DNA of 64,000 nucleotides from Eutreptiella sp. 'Long Island Sound 2002' (Eukaryota > Protista > Euglenida): the NCBI GenBank assembly GCA_964036045.1, contig OZ038378.1, forward strand, positions 188,046,001 to 188,110,000. Direction: 5' to 3'. The notes below the pieces were generated by a model that saw nothing but the letters and a program-made list of their open reading frames with translations, made no database searches and had not been told where the DNA came from. Positions 59,901 through 64,000 of the stretch are shown here, piece by piece; position 1 is the first letter of the stretch, and every line of letters starts with the position of its first letter. The position numbers were made by a program, and so were the translations under genes.

Positions 59901-62684
59901 CCTACCGCGAAAATTTGCATCTTGAATTGCAGCCGTCCAGAGAAGGAGGAAGGCTGCGGTCTCTACATTTCAACGACAAACGCACGTAGATCCATTTGAA
60001 CTTCTGTCGGTGCGAAGGGGACCCACCGCACCTCTGACTGCATGGACTGCCTGCCTGCTTCTATGGGAGGCAACACAGCACCACAGAGCTTCAGATTCTT
60101 GGCGATGCCAGATGGGCGAATGCAAATCCCTGGCAATGCCCGGCGAATGTGCCAGGCATTTGACGGAATTCGCCACACATTCTGAAAGTTATGTTTCATG
60201 ATGGGCATTTCCTCACCAAGAAGTGCCAAAAGGATTTCCTCGACAAAAGTTCCTCAATCCGAGTGCACAGAGAAGCAAGCTTGTCGACGCTGGTTCCAAT
60301 GTGATACTTGCATATTTTGGGGGCGGGGGCTGATGAGACCTATGGTTATGGTGGTTCCGGTGGTGGTGGTAGCTGCGGCGGCTTAGGTGATAGTGACCCC
60401 GGCGTCGCGGCACGTAGGCACCGAAACACAGTGACAGCATACCCTCATCGTATGGTCGGATGAGGCTGAGATGAATTGGTGGTCATTGTGCGGTGACCAA
60501 CAGAGGGCCGATATGCAGTCGCTATGGGCTCCTAAAAAGCGCGACGGGAGGGAGGCGTGTGGCCCAACCACCCAGGCAGACGGGACGGGGGACAAACCCG
60601 GGGGACAAGCGGGTGCAGTCCTTCGGATGGAGGAGCGTGAAGCGCTGCGATGCGGGCCGACGACAGCACACCAGATACGTTTCCCACTTGCGGGACATCT
60701 GCGGCCACCCGGGCCATGCCCCACTCCTCTCCATTTCCCCCCTCCCTCTCCCCCGGCGGGCACGCTGTACGTGCAGTGCAGACGCCCTTCCACTCGGTGG
60801 AGGATGGTAAGAAGATTTGAGGGTTGGGATATGCTCACGGCTGAAAGTGCCCATGACATATGCGCCAGAGCTGCCGTAGCAGGGCAGATCAGTGAGCCGC
60901 CATGGGCAGGGCAATCCCTGATCCAAACAAAAAGGAGAATGGATCGCCGTACGCTCAGTCATATGCGGGCGGTCACTGGCCGCCGTTGGGCGGTGGCCGA
61001 CGGCGGCTGGAGGGTGACCGACGGCAATTGGAGAGTTACCGACGGCAGTTGGAGGGTGACTAACGGCGGTCCAGCAGTTGTTTTGGGCGGGAAGACGGGG
61101 TCATATAGGAGCGCCCTGACAATGGGCGACGAGAAACACAGGGCTGTGCACTGAGGCGGTGTCCGACGAGGCATGGGGACAAGTTTATCCCCAACCCCTG
61201 CCTCACCATCCCAGGGGCGCAGAGGGCCCGGAAGAGGGGGGTGGTGGGGGGGTTAATTGCGTCGGCAGAGACCGGGTTCACTTGCCGACGACGCCCAAAC
61301 CGGCTTCTCACTGGTGCGCAATGAGACAACAAGGAAACACGGGCGGCTGCCAGGGCCATTGGCATACCTGAGGCCGTTGACAGCGGGGCCGTCATGACTG
61401 CAACATCGTCACTCAATCCCCGCAGCAAAGGCTCACAATTGAGTACCGTCACCGACCCTTTGTCCGTTGCAGTCGCCAAGAGAACGCTCTGCAGACGACA
61501 TCACGTACACGATGGCAATGCGCGCACCAGGAGACAGCAGACAGGGGCCTGTGGGTTCAAAGGGAGGTGACCTCCTTTGAAGTGCGCCGTCGGGGGAGGG
61601 CAGTGAGTGACAGGGCCTTGCTTCGCGAGCAGAGGAGGGGGTGGGCCAAACAGGCATATGAACACACCCGGAGTGCACTACGCAACACGGCACAGGTGTC
61701 AGGCCACAGCAAGTCAGCCTCTGGTTGGTATAATGGGCGGTGCTAAGGCGGAGCTTAGGGTAACACCTGATGAACAGGTGATGTGGGTATCTGAAAAAGG
61801 TTAACCACTTTCCACGTCTGGCAAAGACACAGGCGATTGGAAGTAGTAGGATATCAACATGCCGAGGGCCCTCAGGGGCCTTCGGCTATGCTTGGCCTAT
61901 TTTGGAGAGCTTTGCGCATCTGGAACCGGTTCAGTCAGAGGCACCAAAATACAACTCTTTTTCTTTGTGTTCTTTTCCACCACCCATCACCCGTATTCTT
62001 CTCGCAGGAGGCGGATGCGGATTAGAGGAAAGAAGCGCAGAGCAGCGAGCCTGGCGGCCCCCCATTTCAGAAAACATCAGCAGAGCAAAAGCCAAATGGT
62101 TGAAGCAGGACTATTCGGTGCGCAAACGTCTTTTGCTTCTGAACCTGCAGCACACATCCGACGCAGCATCCCAAGCCCATCAAGCCCACACATTACGACG
62201 CAGCGGCAGGACCTTGCGCCCCCAACTGACGCTGGTGACCGATTGCGTATGATAGCCATACGTGTGCAGCAGTTCATACTGCCAGGAGCCGGACTGGGCG
62301 TGATCTGCGGCATCGCCTGCCGCACGCACGCGCGGCTCCTTCGCCCCTCCAGCCACGCCGTCAGCATTGGCCCCGGCCACGGCACCCGCGATTGCCTCGT
62401 GCCCTGCAGGCCCCTGGCGAGGCTCCGTCGTGTCTTGGCTCTCAGCACCAGCACACATCCCGTTCCCCTCCGACTCAGCGTCGCCTGAATGTGCAGCCGC
62501 TGGGGTCTTGTGCGGAAGGCGCGCGTCACGTCGAAGGCGGAAGATGTCGATGCGGCCGTCGGCACGGCCAATGCAGAGGAGGTGCCGCCGCCTTCGGTAG
62601 GCGTCATCTGCGGCATCGGCGCCGCCGCCGGCGGTGATGAGTTCGGGAGAGATGGCGAAGGTGGTGATGCGGGCGATGGTGCTC
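25228..62684 (-). CDS. GEMIN5: Gemin5-like WD40/TPR protein, 5'-partial, about 1050 aa in the window; exons 62213-62684, 61368-61488, 60443-60531, 58416-58465, 57671-57834, 49397-49769, 48369-48484, 45468-45730, 41982-42060, 40165-40343, (39443-39473 tentative), 37332-37580, 34488-34668, 28163-28539, 25228-25643
   Basis: Consecutive exons are phase-compatible except across 40165/37580, which needs one small bridging exon. Motif order matches Gemin5: LLCIGRADGRIDIF; HTQSVTSVSW; LATATDKGSVTV...VMTAPLSTASGAHSDCISALCWSPHNDHQFISASSDHTMRVW; CHRSRITGVCWSSLHPTTVYSCAEDHLVRAYD; LFLPWSTS...QDVLEQCL; TPR-like region WLAISPAVSPQFWREMCYAYA...AAAVLYLAVHRAPEAVGAFRDAGRYADAVQVAK...ELYAQWA...TAIPCLLTAG. Confidence 0.8.
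25750..26060. repeat. (GA)n plus GAGGCA/GATGCA hexamer microsatellite
   Basis: Visible low-complexity tract; a similar one at 27340-27510. Confidence 0.85.
28163..28539 (-). CDS. GEMIN5: Gemin5-like exon
   Basis: gccgtgcag|G; SGLVWVEEAR...VAGPLVGP; donor G|GTAGCC. Confidence 0.72.
29453..29968. mobile_element. hAT-type MITE, 516 bp
   Basis: 29-bp TIR CAAGGGGGGCGGCCTGTTC(A/G)AATTC(T/C)AGAC with 2 mismatches; 8-bp flanks GGCGTGGG / GGCGGGGG match 7 of 8, consistent with a TSD. Confidence 0.75.
31692..32129 (-). pseudogene. 146-codon reading frame with a single internal TAA, unknown product
   Basis: Track ORFs 31914-32129 and 31692-31913 are contiguous and in the same frame; protein-like text EGRLVNDKRFIRELEELLVKEIRNAC. 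Confidence 0.4.
32288..32400. repeat. 48-bp tandem repeat, about 2.3 copies, containing CCCTAACC
   Basis: GCGTGGAT at 32288, 32336 and 32384. Confidence 0.8.
34488..34668 (-). CDS. GEMIN5: Gemin5-like exon
   Basis: ctgactgtag|GT; VLSPRVLRIADTAFTWWHEHYAAW...LQNWEDV; donor AG|GTGTGC. Confidence 0.7.
37332..37580 (-). CDS. GEMIN5: Gemin5-like exon
   Basis: cacgtctgcag|GG; AAPCHAEQ...PVLHPLVLWWAVGRALA...LQTLFD; donor G|GTGTGC. Confidence 0.68.
38990..39280. repeat. Compound trinucleotide microsatellite (GCT/GTT/GTG/GTC/GCG)n
   Basis: Visible directly in the sequence. Confidence 0.95.
39443..39473 (-). CDS. Tentative Gemin5-like micro-exon (NYRNIWALEG)
   Basis: An exon running phase 0 to phase 1 is required here. 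gtgtctgcag|AAT is the best acceptor; the donor is either A|GTGCGA (39443) or G|GCAGTG (39446). Confidence 0.35.
40165..40343 (-). CDS. GEMIN5: Gemin5-like exon (TPR-like)
   Basis: atcggtcccag|GC; DVQTAISTLVRQETMPALQGATALAL...RKWLAQ; donor CAG|GTAGAC. Confidence 0.8.
40816..40899. repeat. 17-bp tandem repeat CACACACCCACATCAGG, 5 copies
   Basis: Exact head-to-tail units. Confidence 0.9.
41632..41952. repeat. About 330-bp intronic repeat, copy B (copy A at 58050-58385)
   Basis: Near-identical over the left 250 bp (CAGCACCCTGCAACAGCC...GAGCTCAGCACACTCCTGTGCCCTGC); copy B has a short internal deletion. Confidence 0.9.
41982..42060 (-). CDS. GEMIN5: Gemin5-like exon (TPR-like)
   Basis: cacattgcag|GAG; ELYAQWAQYAIDRGDVQTAIPCLLTA; donor G|GTCTGC. 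Confidence 0.87.
45468..45730 (-). CDS. GEMIN5: Gemin5-like exon (TPR-like dimerisation region)
   Basis: tttactttgacag|GG; SLLWLAISPAVSPQFW...TEALDVQ; donor CAG|GTCTGC. Confidence 0.88.
48369..48484 (-). CDS. GEMIN5: Gemin5-like exon
   Basis: gtgtccgcag|G; STSGNPKSQDVLEQCL...EAEKAD; donor G|GTACGT. Confidence 0.82.
49397..49769 (-). CDS. GEMIN5: Gemin5-like exon (disordered linker)
   Basis: gtactgcag|GT; DPVLASDGPPAKPR...ADLRLFLP; donor TG|GTGTGT. Confidence 0.8.
50500..57500. repeat. Head-to-tail composite array of 1.2-1.9-kb units with degenerate TTAGGG tracts, (AGCA/AGC)n microsatellite and about 160-bp AAAATGGGTCAAAA subrepeats
   Basis: Junction motif TGTTCCYTYCCCCACCRGCTCGGTCCCAATATTCA at 52499, 54189, 55807 and 57019; internal 582-bp tandem duplication 54345-55490; about 150-bp tandem pair 57177-57480. 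Confidence 0.9.
57671..57834 (-). CDS. GEMIN5: Gemin5-like exon (last WD40)
   Basis: gttttggcag|G; CVASIACHRSRITGVCWS...VRAYDFSKG; donor T|GTATGT. Confidence 0.87.
58050..58385. repeat. About 330-bp intronic repeat, copy A
   Basis: Matches 41632-41952; fills more than half of a 581-bp intron. Confidence 0.9.
58416..58465 (-). CDS. GEMIN5: Gemin5-like 50-nt exon followed by a GC donor
   Basis: ggtgcag|GTC TGG; VWSTKDSQNSDSLKYA; phase-2 end AG|GCAAAC fits the next exon. Confidence 0.7.
59740..59800. repeat. (CTC)n microsatellite
   Basis: About 20 perfect units. Confidence 0.95.
60443..60531 (-). CDS. GEMIN5: Gemin5-like exon (WD40)
   Basis: gctttttag|GA; AHSDCISALCWSPHNDHQFISASSDHTMR; donor AGG|GTATGC. 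Confidence 0.9.
61368..61488 (-). CDS. GEMIN5: Gemin5-like exon (WD40)
   Basis: tcgtctgcag|AGC; SVLLATATDKGSVTVLN...TAS; donor CAG|GTATGC. Confidence 0.85.
62213..62684 (-). CDS. GEMIN5: Gemin5-like exon (WD40)
   Basis: cacgtcag|G AGC; STIARITTFAISPE...HLLCIGRADGRIDIF...YHTQSVTSVSWGRK; donor AAG|GTCCTG. Confidence 0.8.
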
Positions 62685-63810
62685 CTGACGTGATCATGTG
62701 GCAGGATCGGAAGCAGGGAGGCAGCCTCCGAATGTAGCCTCCAGGCGCCTCAGTGCGCACCATATTCTGAGCAGACCCCCTTGCACCAACGCAGAGCGGT
62801 CCTTGACAGCAGAAATAAAACCATTCGGGACCCGGTACAATGATCCTGGCGCGTGTCAGGTGACCGACAGCGATTGGGGGGTAGGTAACCCACGGCGGTC
62901 AGGGGTTGACCCACGGCATTCAGAAGAGCATCAGGCGGCCTTAAAGGGGGCGATCTTGAGCAAAACAAAAAAGAAAAGAAACCGGGTCCTTGAAGACCGC
63001 AACCCTGCACCAACGCCTTCCGCATCGGCCCTCGAGCACCGCCTGCACGCAACCTCTCTGTCATTTCCGCATCTCCCAAGGGGGAAGGGGGGGCAAGGGG
63101 TCCATGACGGCTGGGTGGTGACCGTGTCGTAAACCCGGCGTCCAGTGCCATATCTTGTTGTTGTGACCGTGATGACAGTCGTCGGTGTCTTGAAAGTGGG
63201 GGGGGGGGGGAGGGGCGCAGTTCCGCAGGTGAGAATGAGACATAAATCCCAATGCTCACCATGGCAGCAGCATTCGCCTGCAGCTGTGCCCATGGCTGTC
63301 TAGCCCGGCTGCTCTGCACCACAGAACACAGGGCCGGAGAGCAAGGCAGCTGGGGGACGGGAGGCGATCCCTCCAAGGTGGAGTAGGTTTGCCAGTTGCT
63401 AATTTGACGCATTTGGTTGTGTTCTGTGGAGGCGTGCCTCTGGGCTCTGGGTAGCTCTGGGTAAATGTATGTGGAGAGGGGGGCGTGTTGGGCCAGGGTG
63501 TTGCCATAAAAGCTGAGTAAGCACACCGGTTGGTACTCCAGGGTGTCCTGGGAAAATGTGGGAAAAAAAGGATCTTTCGCATAAGTCGAAAAATGATTGA
63601 TATCGAGCCAAATTTTATTTTAAACCCAAAAATATTCAAAAGACTTTTTTTCGCAATTTTTTCCCTGAAATTTTTGAATTTGCATTTGAATTTATTCATT
63701 TTCTGCTATATTAACTTTTGCGGGGGCGTCTCTTTTTGCATAAATCCCTTTTGTGCACACGCATCCATTGCCATGTCCTTGCCCAATCCCAAGAACATGC
63801 TCAATGTTAC

Positions 63811-63856
63811 CTCAAATCAGAATGATACCATTGCGCAGGAACAAACTGGCCCCAGA
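63811..63856 (-). CDS. Possible upstream Gemin5-like micro-exon (WGQFVPAQWYHSDL)
   Basis: Strong donor TTGAG|GTAACA whose phase 2 matches the 62684 exon; the acceptor is uncertain. Confidence 0.3.
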
Positions 63857-64000
63857 CTGATCATGGCTCAAAACAAAGCATGATGGGTGGTGTACATGTA
63901 CTCTCAGGGGAGAGTAGGGAAGAAAGATTGCATGGTCGCCTTAAGAACACGGGGTAGAAAATGGGGTACACATACCACAATGCAAAGACTATACATCCCA

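Noticed and set aside
5489-62684. Functional splicing cluster of maturase plus Gemin5
   Set aside because: The products would act in different compartments, and two neighbours give no statistical support; only conserved synteny would revive the idea.
1-64000. rRNA, tRNA, snRNA or SL RNA genes
   Set aside because: None recognised by eye; tRNAscan-SE and Infernal were not available, so small RNAs in introns cannot be excluded.

Overview
Eukaryotic nuclear DNA, repeat-rich and full of poly-G/poly-C runs, most likely from a photosynthetic euglenid. That host call is inferred from a euglenid class-I plastid-targeting presequence, candidate SL trans-splice acceptors and TTAGGG-like repeats; the species cannot be determined. 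Three genes can be reconstructed, all on the minus strand. (1) A 5-exon, 743-aa group II intron maturase-like protein (5489-14895). It has RT0-7 and domain X, lacks the catalytic aspartates (YADD replaced by HAGS) and an HNH domain, and starts with a two-TM plastid-targeting presequence. It looks like a domesticated, nucleus-encoded splicing factor for plastid introns and is the most interesting item here. (2) An intronless PAAT/C10orf88 (DUF4506)-like gene (19681-20706). (3) The 3' two-thirds of a Gemin5-like WD40/TPR gene, at least 14 phase-compatible exons over about 37 kb (25228-62684), with its 5' end beyond the right edge. Introns and intergenic DNA hold Tc1/mariner- and hAT-type MITEs, a decayed hAT transposase, a 1.5-kb inverted-repeat element with a one-stop ORF, mini- and microsatellites, and a 7-kb head-to-tail array with telomere-like hexamers. 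Most ORFs in the six-frame track are shadow or low-complexity artefacts. All family assignments come from motif recognition by eye, with no database searches.
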